A stretch of DNA of 64,000 nt from Eledone cirrhosa. Lineage: Eukaryota. Numbering within the stretch: the stretch's first letter is position 1; each line of letters begins with the position of its first letter. Shown here piece by piece: positions 1 through 11,861 of the stretch. The DNA lies in NCBI GenBank assembly GCA_964016885.1, contig OZ024741.1, positions 297,786,001 to 297,850,000 of the forward strand, given 5' to 3'. Below the pieces are notes generated by a model. It was not told the DNA's origin and made no database searches. It was given only the letters and a program-made list of their open reading frames with translations. The position numbers and the translations under genes were made by a program.

Positions 1-43
1 ACCTATATATATATATATAATTCAAATATATATATATATATAT

Positions 44-101
<58 letters not shown>

Positions 102-162
102 TCATATATATATATATATATATACATTGGACGGATAGGTGTCCTCATCTGGTTTTGTTGTT

Positions 163-209
163 AACACAACGTTTCGTCTGATCTACCCTCCAGCCTTCAT
201 CAGGTGTCC
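163..209 (-). ncRNA. Hammerhead ribozyme motif, inverted copy of 513-559
   Basis: Reverse complement of 513-559 with one helix II mismatch (CAGAC instead of CAGCC). Confidence 0.7.
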
Positions 210-512
210 TAGTGATGTTATTATTAACGTTTGTTCAGGTCACTGCCTAGAATTGTACACGGAATCTTGAGGTTAGTAGCCCGCTTTTTAACCACTTTTT
301 TCTCGTGAAAAAAAAAAAATTTTTCTGCTTCTTTGTGGAAGGATAGAAAAATATCAGTTTATAAGCCCTAAAAATTCACGAGAGAAAAAAGAAAGAAAAG
401 AAAAAAAAAGAATTTCACGAGAAAATGTGGTTAAAAAGCGGGCTACTAACCTCAAGATTGCGAGTACAATTCTAGGTAGTGACCTGAACAAACGTTAATA
501 ATAACATCACTA

Positions 513-559
513 GGACACCTGATGAAGGCTGGAGGGTAGATCAGCCGAAACGTTGTGTT
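513..559 (+). ncRNA. Type I minimal hammerhead ribozyme (Penelope-like)
   Basis: GGACAC-CUGAUGA-A-GGCUG(loop)CAGCC-GAAAC-GUU|GUGUU. Intact core, 5-bp helix II, helix I GACAC/GUGUU, palindromic AACGUU helix III. Confidence 0.8.
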
Positions 560-705
560 AACAAAAAAAGATGAAGACACCTATCCGTCCAATGTATATA
601 ATGTAAATGTAAGGGAGATAACCAACTTTATTGACAATCCTTATAAAAAAGGGAGATAACCAACTTTATTGACAGATATAAACATCAGATTCATTTGAAG
701 ATAAA

Positions 706-2069
706 TCTCTAATATTATCGTTTATTTCTTGTTTATTCTTTTTGCACTTTCAAAGTTAAAAAAACACTTGTTGTTTTAACTTGTTTCACTATATTAAGTG
801 TTAATTTTCGCGTTAAGGGCCTAATCTCGCAGCAGACTCGAATTGACGAGATTTTGATGATGGTTTGTTTATTTTTAGAACAATCGTTATGGGACTTTCC
901 ATTCAAACCATTGGGACCTACAACTTTTACATTTTTAAAACTTTCATAAGCCATGTTGACACTCAGACTGGTCATGACGGATACCCACTATATCGCCGGA
1001 GAAGACCCGAAGATGGTGGATTCACAGCAAGGGTTGGCAAACATGAGGTTGCTGGATATCCACGGATATATAAATCTATTGATACTGTATGTGATCCACA
1101 GGATGCGGTCAATTATCCAGTTGAATTTCTAAATACTTTAAATCCTCCTGGTTTACCTTCTAATACATTGGTTCTGAAAGAGGGAACGCCAGTTATTTTG
1201 CTGAGAAATATCACTCCTCCAAAACTATGCAATGGTACACGCCTTGTGGTTAAAAAACTGCCTCCACTTAGTATTGACGCTGCCATTCTATCCGGATGTG
1301 GAAAAGGCGAGGATGTGATAATAACAAAAATTAGCCTGACTACATCAGGCGTGGATACTCCCTTCTCCTTTCGCCGAACCCAATTTCCCCTTCGTGTTGC
1401 TTTTGCGATGTCCATAAACAAGTCGTAAGGTCAAACTCTGTCCGTCATTGGAATTCACTTGGATGAACCTTGCTTTTCGCACGGACAATTCTACGTTGGC
1501 TGCTCACGAGTTGGCAGTAGAGATAATCTCTTTGCGTTTGTTCCGAAAAGAAAAACAAAGAATATCGTCTATCCCGAAGTGCTTTAGTGTTAACAAAAAA
1601 ACTTATTACAGCTCTGCCTTGACTTCACCTTACTCATTACAAAACGTACCAATAAATATGTCATGCAGGATATTTTGGATTATAAGTTCAAAATTTAACC
1701 ATACACAGCAAAGGATGATCTCAAAGAATAGATTTTCTCTTATTCTACTCTCATTGTTTTTTTGTTTGTATACAACTCTGCTTTCATTACAACTTTTTGT
1801 ACTTTAGCAAAACTGCCTGTTTTTTTTACAGATTTGCAACGTGTATTGTCTTTAATCATTTGTATAACTACATCCTGTTCAGTGTTTTCCTTCATTATCA
1901 ACATAGTTTTATGTGTACAAAGATTGCATTAAAGATTCGTTTGCATTAATTATTGAAGTCTTCTGCTTATTTTGACAGGTTGGGGACAAATAATGTTCTT
2001 CTTTTACTTCCTAGCTGTATATTCTTAGCATAATTTCAAACCCCCGGCAACGCCGGGTAAATCTGCTAG
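706..2069 (+). mobile_element. Internally deleted Helitron with Pif1-helicase remnant
   Basis: 865-1590 encodes YPLYRRR..., then YPVEFLN..PPGLP..LLRN..KLCNGTRL..RTQFPLRVAFAMSINKS*GQ..FSHGQFYVGCSRV. 3' hairpin cccggc-aac-gccggg plus CTAG at 2066-2069, followed by T. 5' TC end at 706 is tentative. Confidence 0.85.
865..1590 (+). pseudogene. Helitron RepHel (Pif1 helicase C-terminal motifs), disrupted
   Basis: Conserved Pif1 motifs with an in-frame TAA in KS*GQ and a large deletion between YPLYRRR and the helicase C-terminus. Confidence 0.85.
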
Positions 2070-2095
2070 TATATATATATATATATTTTTTTTTG

Positions 2096-2232
2096 CAGCA
2101 AAGAGTTACGGCCTTTTATGGTCTGAGTTCAAATCCCGCCGAGGTTAACTTTGCCTTTCATCCTTACGGGGACGATAAAATAAAGTACCAGTAATACACT
2201 GGGATAATTGCTGGCCTTGTGCCAAAAGTAGA

Positions 2233-2237
<5 letters not shown>
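2096..2237 (+). mobile_element. tRNA-derived SINE family A, 5'-truncated
   Basis: ctgagttcaaatcccgccgaggttaactttgcctttcatcc...gataaaataaagtaccag core, which recurs many times in the window. Confidence 0.8.
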
Positions 2238-2296
<59 letters not shown>

Positions 2297-3856
2297 TAGA
2301 GGAGGATGAACTCCACCAGGTTTAAACTGCTCAAAACGTCATGTTACGACAGCGCCACTACGAGTCAATCAGAGGCTCATAGCAAAACATGAGTAAGAGT
2401 TTCTAATATATGAACAAGATAATTGTGGCTTGTCGAAGTTGATAGAATATAGTCATACATTGTCGCTAAGACATGATATTTAGTCATTTTATAAATCTTG
2501 GTCTCACTAATAACAATTTATGTTCTGAATTTGTGGTGGTTCGTTATTAGAGCGTTGTAATGATCGGATGCTGAGAAGTAGTCAGTTGAATTGCTGCCAT
2601 TAATTTCACCTGTCATCAACGTTACCTCCACTATTGTGTTGAGCTGATATGGTTTTAACCGGTTGCCAAGCTTGATATTGTTTACTTATATAATCACCAT
2701 ACTTTTCTATGGATGTTTATTGAGACCTAACGAAAAACCATTAAATGGGCCATGGTTTCAACAAAACATGATATTTACGAAACTTGTATTTTAGGCTTTC
2801 CGTTATGTAGAAACTTATACCACTTACTCTGTTGCTATCGTAGTCGTTGCTGTTTGTTTTATTATTATTAATTAATTCATTTATTTATATTTCCTATGTC
2901 TGTAAATCATTAAGAGCAATGTGCAGCAAGCCACAAGGTACATAGATAATTAAAACTCAGTGCTGCAATTCCAATTCGCCATCGTACTATCCTTTTATGA
3001 AACTGCGTCTCTTCTTTTACTTGTACACAGGCGACTTCTCCAAGAGAGAGAGGGGGGAGGGGAGTGTGTGTGATTGGTAGGGTGTGATAAAGATATATCG
3101 ACCACAGTACTGGACTGGTACTTTTTTTATCGACCTCGAAAGGATGAAAGATAAAATTGACCTCGGTAGGATTTGAACTCAGAGCGTAGACAGTTTGAGC
3201 GAATACCTCAATGCATTCTGTCCGTTCTACCAACTCTGCCATATGCACCTGTACATATTTACAACTTTATACAGTGATCTATCGGCAATTAGAATGGACC
3301 TCCATAGGTTTTGACGATGAGTGTACTATTGTTTGATCAACAAACAGCCTACTCGCAAAATTAGCATGTAAGTGGCTGAGCATTTTACTGATATGTGTTC
3401 CCATAAAGTAATTCTCGGGAGTAATCAGTGTGTGTGCAACAAGGCTGGCCTTTTTAACTAAAAGTACAATCTATCCAACGGGTTTCGAAAGAGTTTCCAT
3501 CTACTCGATTTCACTCAAAAGTTATGGGTCGAACCAAGACTATGAACGCAGTTGGATCAAACCCGCGATCTAATGATTTCAAGGCAAGCTTATTAACTAT
3601 TCAGCTATGCAGCAGCCATATAGCGGGAGTTAAGTATCACAGCACGATACCAGGATAAGTGTCCCAGTGATGATGCAAAGATACGCCAATCTTTAGTGTG
3701 ATAGCATGCTCCCGTAAGCATTTGTGACATTTATTTTGGTGCTCACCTGACAGATAACTAAACAACACGTACGGTTACAATTTCTATCAATGTTCGTCCA
3801 TTAAGGTCTTCTATAACTCAGATGTTGCTATGAAAGTAAGATAGGATATGTTTAAC

Positions 3857-4041
3857 CAGACCTGTCAACTCTCCCCGTGCGACCGGGATATCTCCCACCC
3901 ATGTTCGGGTGGGGGAGAGATGTCATCTCTTATGAAAATGGGTATAGCTTTCATTATGTAAAATCTCCCCCATTTTGCCTCATTTCTCCCCGTTTTTTTC
4001 ATGGTACCCCTCGTTTGGGTTTTCAGAGGTTGGCAGGTCTG
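3857..4041. mobile_element. MITE with imperfect TIRs (cagacctgtcaactct / agaggttggcaggtctg)
   Basis: TIRs present; a second copy lies in opposite orientation at 6241-6405. Confidence 0.8.
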
Positions 4042-4229
4042 TTGAATGTTTGTTGTTGAATGTTTGAATATTTAGCTAGGCCACTGACACTATGTGCGCA
4101 TGCGTAGCTGTAAGAAGTTCGTATTGCAACCACATAGATCCTGGTTCCATCCTTCTGCGTAACAATTTGAGCTAATCTTTTTTACTTGTAAGTGGAATTC
4201 AGTAGATAGGAACGGCTCAGAAATTCGTC

Positions 4230-4231
4230 GC

Positions 4232-4306
<75 letters not shown>
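4230..4306. repeat. (GCGT)n microsatellite
   Basis: Direct reading. Confidence 0.95.
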
Positions 4307-4789
4307 ACTTTCGATGATTTGTTCTTCATCAAATTAGACCCACCCACATTACTCTCGTCCTCAAGATTGCGACGAACCAGTGATTGGTCAGCTGGAAACC
4401 TGTAACCAACGACGCTATTGTTCACTATTTGCGATATAAACTAAAATAAATAAAATCTGTTGCCCATTAAGGTTTGATAATGCTCTGGACTTGGTTTGAT
4501 CTGATGCTGTTATTGTTGCCATTTAACATCTCCAGATCATGCTTCCTTTTTGTTCTTTTACAAATGCAGATATGAGTCTTTAAAAATACAAAAATGCATT
4601 ATGCTGTGATATTATCGAGACATAAGGAATATTTCATAGGAAACATTGAAATAACATATGTGCATAGAAGAAAGACAACTATTGGAAACTAACAGTAGAA
4701 TTATGGATGTTGTGACTTGAAGGAAAAGCAAGCATCAACCATTTCGTATCGAACGTAATAAATATCTTGTGGTGAGTGTTGTTAACATT

Positions 4790-4982
4790 TATATACTCGT
4801 GTAAATATTGACGTTTTAAAACTATTTATTTTTTAGATTGAGTTTATGGGGTCGACTATTACACAGATCCTACTTTCAAAAAGCTGAAATTTAGGTTGAA
4901 ATTATGGGGTCGACTATTACACAGATCCTACTTTCATAAAGCTATTACATAGATTCTACCTTCAAAAAGCTGAAATTCATAC
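4790..4982. mobile_element. pogo/Tigger-like MITE remnant with ~59-bp internal tandem duplication
   Basis: tatggggtcgactattacacagatcctactttca occurs twice; tatactcgtgta start. Confidence 0.45.
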
Positions 4983-5069
4983 TACAAGCCAAAATATCGC
5001 ATGAATAAGCACAAGCTTAGATTGTCTCTAAATGAATAAAAATAAAAAATAAAAATTAATTAAAGTAAT

Positions 5070-5412
5070 AATTGTTTCTACTTTAGGCACAAGGCCAGCA
5101 ATTACCCAGTGCATTACTGGTAGTTTATTTTATCGACCCCGTAAGGATGAAAGGCAAAGTCAACCTCGGCGGGATTTGAACTCAGATCGTATTAAAGTAA
5201 TAATGGTTTCTAATTTTGGCACAAGGCCAGAAATATTTTGTTGAGGAAGAAATTAATTTTATTGACCCCTGTATTTGACTGGTACTTTATTTTATTTACT
5301 TCGAAAGGCGAAGATAGCGTCAGCGGGATTTGAACTTAGAACATATAAAAACCGAGAACGAATACTGTTAAACATTTCCCCGGCACTCTAACGAACTTGC
5401 CACTCATCGCCT
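5070..5412 (-). mobile_element. Two tandem copies of SINE family A
   Basis: Reverse-complement core ggatttgaactcag / gatgaaaggcaaagt / aggcacaaggccagcaatt. Confidence 0.8.
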
Positions 5413-6182
5413 TAGAATTACAGTAATAATTACTGATGTTTCTAAGCAGCAACACATTTTGTTTTACTACTTAATCATAAATAAGCTTTGTCTGTAATTG
5501 AAAGGCAAAAAAAAACTTCATAGTAACTCAGTGGATTCCATACAATTTTAATCGGCTTTAATCGTTCCCTTTACGATTGATAGTGTGTTGCTACGTAAGA
5601 TTTCTATTCGTAATGAATATAAGTATTTACTTGATTATGTTTCATATTCATAAGTATTTATAATATAAATATTATAAATATAAATAATATAAATATTATT
5701 GGATGTTTGTATTCCTTAGTTGGGAAAGGAAGGTCAGTTACCATGACTTTTAATGAGGCCTCCGAGACAGGTGGACGAAAGAAGGGAGAAAGGTGTCCTC
5801 AAACCGAAGACATTACCCAAATGATTGCAACAGAATGAACTTGGCTAAAGGCACCGAAAGGGCAAGTGCTATTCTTAAACCGAGCAACCGATTAAGTTTA
5901 CAACCAAGTAGGGCATAGCGAGATTTTTAACGTAAAGATCCGGAACGGATACCGCAAGGTATCTCCTCCAATGGTTTAACAATTTCGTTAACCTATTGAT
6001 AGATCCAAATAATCATTTTACCGACAGAGGATGAATAAAAACTATTTTTTGGTGCTAGTTAGATTTGACCTAGAAAATGAATGAGGTAAAACGTCTTTAG
6101 AAGTATTAATTGCTTTTCTTACTTGCATTTCTTGTTGCCAAATTTCCTTTCCCATAATTTAATATTAAAACGGTATGTAAGA

Positions 6183-6556
6183 GTGGTGGATTGGCAGTAT
6201 CGGTAGAGCGTCGGATAAAATGTTTTGCAGTATTTAGTTATAGACTTGCCAACCTCTAAAAACCCAAACAGGGAGTAACATTAGGCAAAATGGGGAGATT
6301 TTACATAATGAAAGCTGTACCCAATTTTACAAGAGAAGACATCTCTCACCAACCCCAAAGTGGGTGGGAGATCTCTCCGTTGGACGGAGAGAGTTGACAT
6401 GTCTGTAGTTATGACCTGCAACTCCCACTGAGATCAACATTGCCTTTCATCCTTCCGAGGTCAATAAAATAAAGTCCCAGTCAAGTACTGGGATCAATAT
6501 AACTGGCTTTTCCCCTCCCTATAAATTGTTGGCTTGTGCCAATATTAGAAATAATC
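6183..6556 (+). mobile_element. SINE family A interrupted by a MITE (6241-6405)
   Basis: SINE head gtggtggattggcagtatcggtagagcg is split from its body by the MITE; tagtta is duplicated on both sides. Confidence 0.8.
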
Positions 6557-7110
6557 ATTTCTTACATATACCGAAGATCGGGGATTTTTTTTATGAGGTG
6601 TATATAAATACTTTCGTTACGTGCCAGCGAAGGCTCATTAATACACACAATAAAAAGGACGTAAGTATGTTATTGATTATGTAATGTGAGATTATCGACA
6701 AAGTTATATAAAAGTACGTGTAGAGTCAAGGTCATTATATAATAAATAAATAAATGGACATATTAAAGATATAAATGAAATATACAGAATAAATAGATAA
6801 TTACACAATACATATAATGATTAAGAACTATATAATTTAAAAGACATGAAAAACATTTAAAGTAAATCATCACAAACAAGAGAGAACCACACCAGCTAAG
6901 TCAAGTTAATGCATCTCATGACTGGCTGCCTTTCTATTGAAATCAAATGCACCTAAAAGAGCTCGTAAGCATTTCTGCGTAAAAAAAAAAAAAAAAAAAG
7001 CGCGAACGTCTCCGGTTGCTGTTGTTTTTATACAGTGATACATTATTGATGATGATTTATTTCCGTAAGTCCCACATGACCTGTTCTTTGCCAACACCTT
7101 ACCATTTACC

Positions 7111-7447
7111 TACTCTTGGGTCTCAAATAATAACACCCCCCCCCCCCCTCCGCTTATTAAATTTTGCTAATAAATCTCCGGCGAAATTTTATTTTAAGTG
7201 GTAGCATTCCTGCGATAATTAATTTTCTTTAGACGCTAAAAATATTATACATGACAAAAATATAACATTACTAGAAATCCCATACGTTATAAAATAAATA
7301 GGATGGTTTGCAGTGTCAATATGTAAACTAAACGACTAATTCTGTTTTTTTTTTTAAATCAAGGGATATAACCTAGAAAAATTGTCGATCCCCCCCCCCC
7401 CCCTCGCTTAATCCCCCTCCCCTACTATTATTTGGGACCCGAGAGTA
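7111..7447. mobile_element. Tc1/pogo-type MITE with TA target duplication
   Basis: TIRs ta-ctcttgggtctcaaataata / tattatttgggacccgagag-ta. Partial relatives near 21790-21852 and 59290-59470. Confidence 0.8.
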
Positions 7448-7630
7448 CCATAAATCTTTCTCATCATATAGCACACCGTCACTAATATTCAATTTATAAA
7501 CGGTCAGATCTGATCTGAGATGGACATTGCTCGTTCAGATAGCTGTGAACTTCATATCTTCTTATGAAGTGGAGAATGCTTATTGTTTTACACACATTTT
7601 CCATTTTCCTTTTTCTGCGCGGTTGTCTGA

Positions 7631-7975
7631 CATTATCATCGTCGCATGTGGATGGGGTGGTACTACTGAGATCTCCTTGTCATATGCACAAATGTTACAG
7701 AGGCAGGACAAGACCGATGAGCCAGATCAATGCGTCATTTATAGCATTATGGATTGCCTCCAGGCCGCCGGGAAAACGTCTGAGGGGGTAATCTCGAGCA
7801 ACATGAGTACTGTCTGGTCAGGGTCCCCACAGTCACATGCTGGGCTGTCTTTCATTTTCCATCGATGGAGATGGTAGGCTGTGTTGGGCGGATCCGATTA
7901 AGGGACACCCATTGCCTTCTGGACTACTGAGATGAAAAGATTCGGTTTCTGTAGCTTCTGGGAATAAGGAGAGAA
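7631..7975 (-). mobile_element. Vingi/Ingi-like LINE 3' fragment
   Basis: Minus-strand translation across frameshifts: RRQWVSLNRIR...HLHRWKMKDSPACDCGDPDQTV.HVARDYPLRRFPGGLEAIH...LIWL. Short gatgat tail. Confidence 0.7.
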
Positions 7976-7989
7976 TCTCCTTAGACATT

Positions 7990-8755
7990 TCTCGCGCTTT
8001 AGCTGGCAGTTCTGAGATCTGTAGTTGTGTTCGCTTTAAACGGTATTTTCTTTCTCTGCCTTTCTAATTCGTCAGAGCAGAAAACCATGAAGTAACACAT
8101 GCTGCAATAAGTATAACAGCTGGGCTTTGTACCTTACTCCACTAGTCCCATTGATTCTGATCATCAAATTAGCACGTTTACTAAATTTACTGCATTGTCC
8201 AAGTTGATTTCTCCACATGTTATCAAGTCGTGTGTTTAGACTTACATCGTTCACAAGTTAGTCAGATGTAGGAGAAATCAACAAAACCATGTTCTAAGTT
8301 GATACCGAAATGTGGGATTGGTATTGGTCCCCCACTAGTAATGCAGGTTTTTCGTTTAAAGATTAATCTGCACAAAAAAAAAATCAAAATAACATGCCCA
8401 ATTGTTTTTATAGGTACCATGTTTATACATTTATTTTTCAAAGTTATTTTGGATGGCATGTCAAATGGTTACGGAACTTCATCCAGATTGCCTTTTTGCT
8501 CTAGTTCATAAATTGTTGCCTTCCAAACTTTGACCACATGTTTGTGATTCTACAGAAATGTTCTTTATACTATTTAGGTGCCTTCCGTGATATCTCTTCG
8601 TACTGTTTCATGAAATGTTAGCGCCAAGACAAAGTCCTAATATTTTTTCCTGGTATATTTCTATTTTCCTTTTCTACCAGTCTCCCTTGCAAAGCACGTG
8701 AGCATCTTTGTTGAAACTTCATATCCAATACTTCTTTACTCGTATACTCATAATT
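7990..8755 (-). pseudogene. Degraded pogo-family (DDE_1) transposase
   Basis: Minus-strand peptides GNLDEVP*PFDMPSKITL...IKTIGH and DVSLNTRLDNMWRNQ resemble pogo motifs NMDETP.FDMP..TTGHEK and LDVSLNKPFK. Many stops. Confidence 0.6.
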
Positions 8756-8920
8756 TTACGAATTTGTGAAAATTGCGTATAGATATATCAAATAACGACT
8801 TTATATTGCAGTTTCCTGGTGCGGATAGAAAAGGAAGAGCGATAGAAAGAAGGGCACAAATGATAGATAGACAGACATGCTGAAGTTCATGTTTCCCCGC
8901 TCCCGTTTTTTTCTTTAATG

Positions 8921-9104
8921 TCACTTCCGGTTTCTTCCATTCATGTATACTTTTTCAATTAATGATAGCCTATAATCACTCAGCTGCCTGGTTGCGTGTT
9001 GTTTCGCATATTCAGCAACTTGGAGCTTTTGACTAATTTTATATGCTTTTCTTTTCTATTTGGTTGCCATTTTGTAGTGTAGTATAAGGGTGTTTCCAGG
9101 TAAC
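8921..9104 (+). promoter_or_regulatory. Candidate promoter: ETS motif (cacttccgg, 8922-8930) and RFX X-box (gtttccaggtaac, 9092-9104)
   Basis: Motif matches only; about 3.9 kb upstream of the first coding exon. Confidence 0.3.
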
Positions 9105-10776
9105 AGGTAGCTCTTACTTCTATTTTCCTACGAATGGCTTGTGAGACATCATGGAGGTCAATTCGTCATAAACTAAACCAAGCAAGCACCATTTTGCTGC
9201 AGTAAACCATTGTAACGTACTTAATAGTTATCAATACATTACAAAACTAATAAATAAATATGGTATTCATACTACTGAGATACATTTATTACACGTGAAT
9301 CATAACTGTAAACCTATATTACAAGATTGAGGGTTTAGGGAGAATTGGCTCCGGCTGTCAAACATCACTTTACAGCCTGACCTTTTATTGATAAAATACA
9401 TGGTGATTTAGGGAGTTTATTTTCATTGTCTTTCATCCATTCAAGTACTGGGTTCGATTCTTCCTCTATATCTACTTCTCACTTCTGTTCTCTCACTCTC
9501 TCTATCCTTCTCCAAAAGAAATCTATTGTATTAAGACCTGGAGATAAGATGGGCTCCGCTAGGTTTAAAAAGATGCCTTATAAACGCTCTATGTTGATAC
9601 GGCGCCTTTACCACTCCCTCGGGAGTTACGGGACAATTTTTAGGAAAACGAGAAATACAGTAATTAAAAGATCTTGACTCACTACGTTATGTACATTAAC
9701 ACTGACCTTACATAATATCTGTGATAGACAGAACAGAAAAATCGATAGAATGTTTCATTAAAAAGTCGTTCATCTTTTGGGAGACTGCATAAGCTCCGTG
9801 TGAACAGTAGTGATCTCGAACCAAGGCTAGCAGCCTCAATGGAAAGACTAAAATAACATGAAATGAATAGCTACGTCAATTGATGGAAGATTGGATAAAT
9901 GGATGGATGGATGGATGAGTGAATGAACGAAAGACATTTACTTTGACAGCTGTTGTCGACGTGTTAATTACAATAATACAAACAGAAAATTGCGTATTGA
10001 TATATCAAACAACGACTTAGTTTATATTATAGTTTCCTGGTGCGGATAGAAAAGGAAGAGCGATAGAAAGAAAGGCACAAATAATAGATAGATATTTAGA
10101 TAGACAGACAGGCCGGCAGGCAGGCAGATGTGAAATTAAGATTGAAGTTTGCCATTAAATATTCATTGTTTAAAAAGTCACGTTTTGTGGTTTGTTTGTT
10201 TGTCAGTTGTTTTGGTTGTTCTAATAATTGACTTTCTCCCTCCTCAATGGAATGATGAGCCGAACAGAGCGTTGTGAAAACATTGGCTTCAGATCTGTTT
10301 GAATAATGTGAATTACCTTTCAGTCACTTCGTGCCAACAGCCAAGATCCTTAGCTCTTCCCCCTTTCTCTCTCTCCTTCCCCACGCCCCCCTCTCTCTCC
10401 TATTTTTTCTCCCATTAATAATATTATCCATGTCTTCTATAATAAACAGTGAGCTGTCGGACATTTTTTCCTGGTTGTACCATACGTACTTCTCTCTTGT
10501 CTTGATTTCCTCCGCATACATACTTCGATTCACAGCTTTAGATCTATTAATTAACTTAGCTAAAGTTATTATTTTTTCTTTCATAATTTAATCAAAGAAG
10601 ATTCGTTACCAATGGGTCTTCATATTTAGATTCGTGTGATTGAATTTCAGTTTGAAATTCTGAAGATAAAAAAAGTTGTTGCAGGAAGGATTTTTGAGTG
10701 TTGCAGTTTTGTGGGAGAACGAATGTGGGAAATGGGTTACAGTAGAAGTGTTATAAATGTGAAGGTGAATGTACTC

Positions 10777-11010
10777 GTGGTTAGGGTGCTGGACTAACGA
10801 TCATAATGTCGAGGATTCGATTCCTAGACCGGGTTGTGCGTTGTGCTCCATTTCACGTTGCTCCAGAATAAGTACTGGTATTAGCAAGAAGTTAATCCTG
10901 CGATGAACTAGCGTCTCGTCAAAGGTGGGGGAGATTATTGTACTTTTAGTCGCTTAACGCCGATGAAACCAGGATAAGCATCGGCCTGATGAACCTCCGG
11001 GCTTGGGAAT
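10777..11010 (+). mobile_element. tRNA-derived SINE family B
   Basis: gtggttagggtgctggactaacgatc...ggattcgattcc...tttcacgttgctccag. Relatives at ~11190, 26405, 47590, 53070, 57118 and 63150 (minus). Confidence 0.7.
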
Positions 11011-11861
11011 AAAGAAATAATAAGAGAAGAGACGGATTGGGTGGGCATGGGTGGACTCGGGAGGAAGTGTTATGGAGCTGGTTTGTTCAAAGAGCAGTTA
11101 TTGTTGTAATCACTGAAGAAGCAACAGGGAGAGAAGAAAAAAAAACGCATGTCTAAGAGCCAGGACATACAGAGTTCGTTGTGAAGTAGCGTGGCTTAAT
11201 GTTTAGGGTGTTCGGCTTACTATCGTATGTTCGTGAGTTCAACTTTCGGCGGCGCCTTGTGACCTTTAACAAGACATTTTATTTCATGTTTCTCCAGTTT
11301 ATTCAACGAGTTAAATATAATAACATATCTAATTTGGAGGCATATAAACATGCCAGAAAATACGAATTTCCCTGTAAATTGAAAAAATGATAAGCATTAT
11401 TAATCGATTTTCGGATCTTATAGGACTCTCATCAGAAGACGAGTATATCATCCAATCAACCACAAGGAAACATGTATTTGACGGGTATATGAACCCATTC
11501 GCTCTTAGTATTATTCTGAAACGGTATACTAATTTGCATATAATTAGCGCTCGTGTTGGTGAAAGTTATATCTGTATAAATGAAGAGTGTATAACCAAGA
11601 GTGAACCAACGTGTATAAATATATATACATATCTAATTTGGAGGCATATAAGCATCCCAGAAACTACGTATATATATATATATATATATATAAACTCTCT
11701 CTCTCTCTCTTATATATATATAATCAAGGGAGTGTAACCTTCAGTTACTGTAGGTTCCCCCGAGTGAGCACTAGATGCGTAGTTTCCCGTCTTGAGCTGA
11801 AACGCGCGTCACTACTCAATAAACGCAATGAAGACATAACAAATCGTCCTTTTATTATATA

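Larger units (their letters stand above)
121..599. mobile_element. Palindromic non-autonomous element: inverted arms (~121-310 and ~412-599), each with a tRNA-like head and a hammerhead ribozyme motif
   Basis: Arms are near-exact reverse complements (tatacattggacggatagg... / ...cctatccgtccaatgtata). tRNA-like segment gtggttaaaaagcgggctactaacctcaagattgcgagtacaattc has degenerate A/B boxes. TA/CA microsatellite on the left. Confidence 0.8.

Noticed and set aside
6906-7560. Coding-looking minus-strand sequence around the MITE
   Set aside because: Multiple stops and no recognisable family or splice signals.
11395-11442. Minus-strand CUGAUGA...GAAA-AUCGAU-UA hammerhead-like motif
   Set aside because: Helix I does not pair and helix II is mismatched; too degenerate to call.
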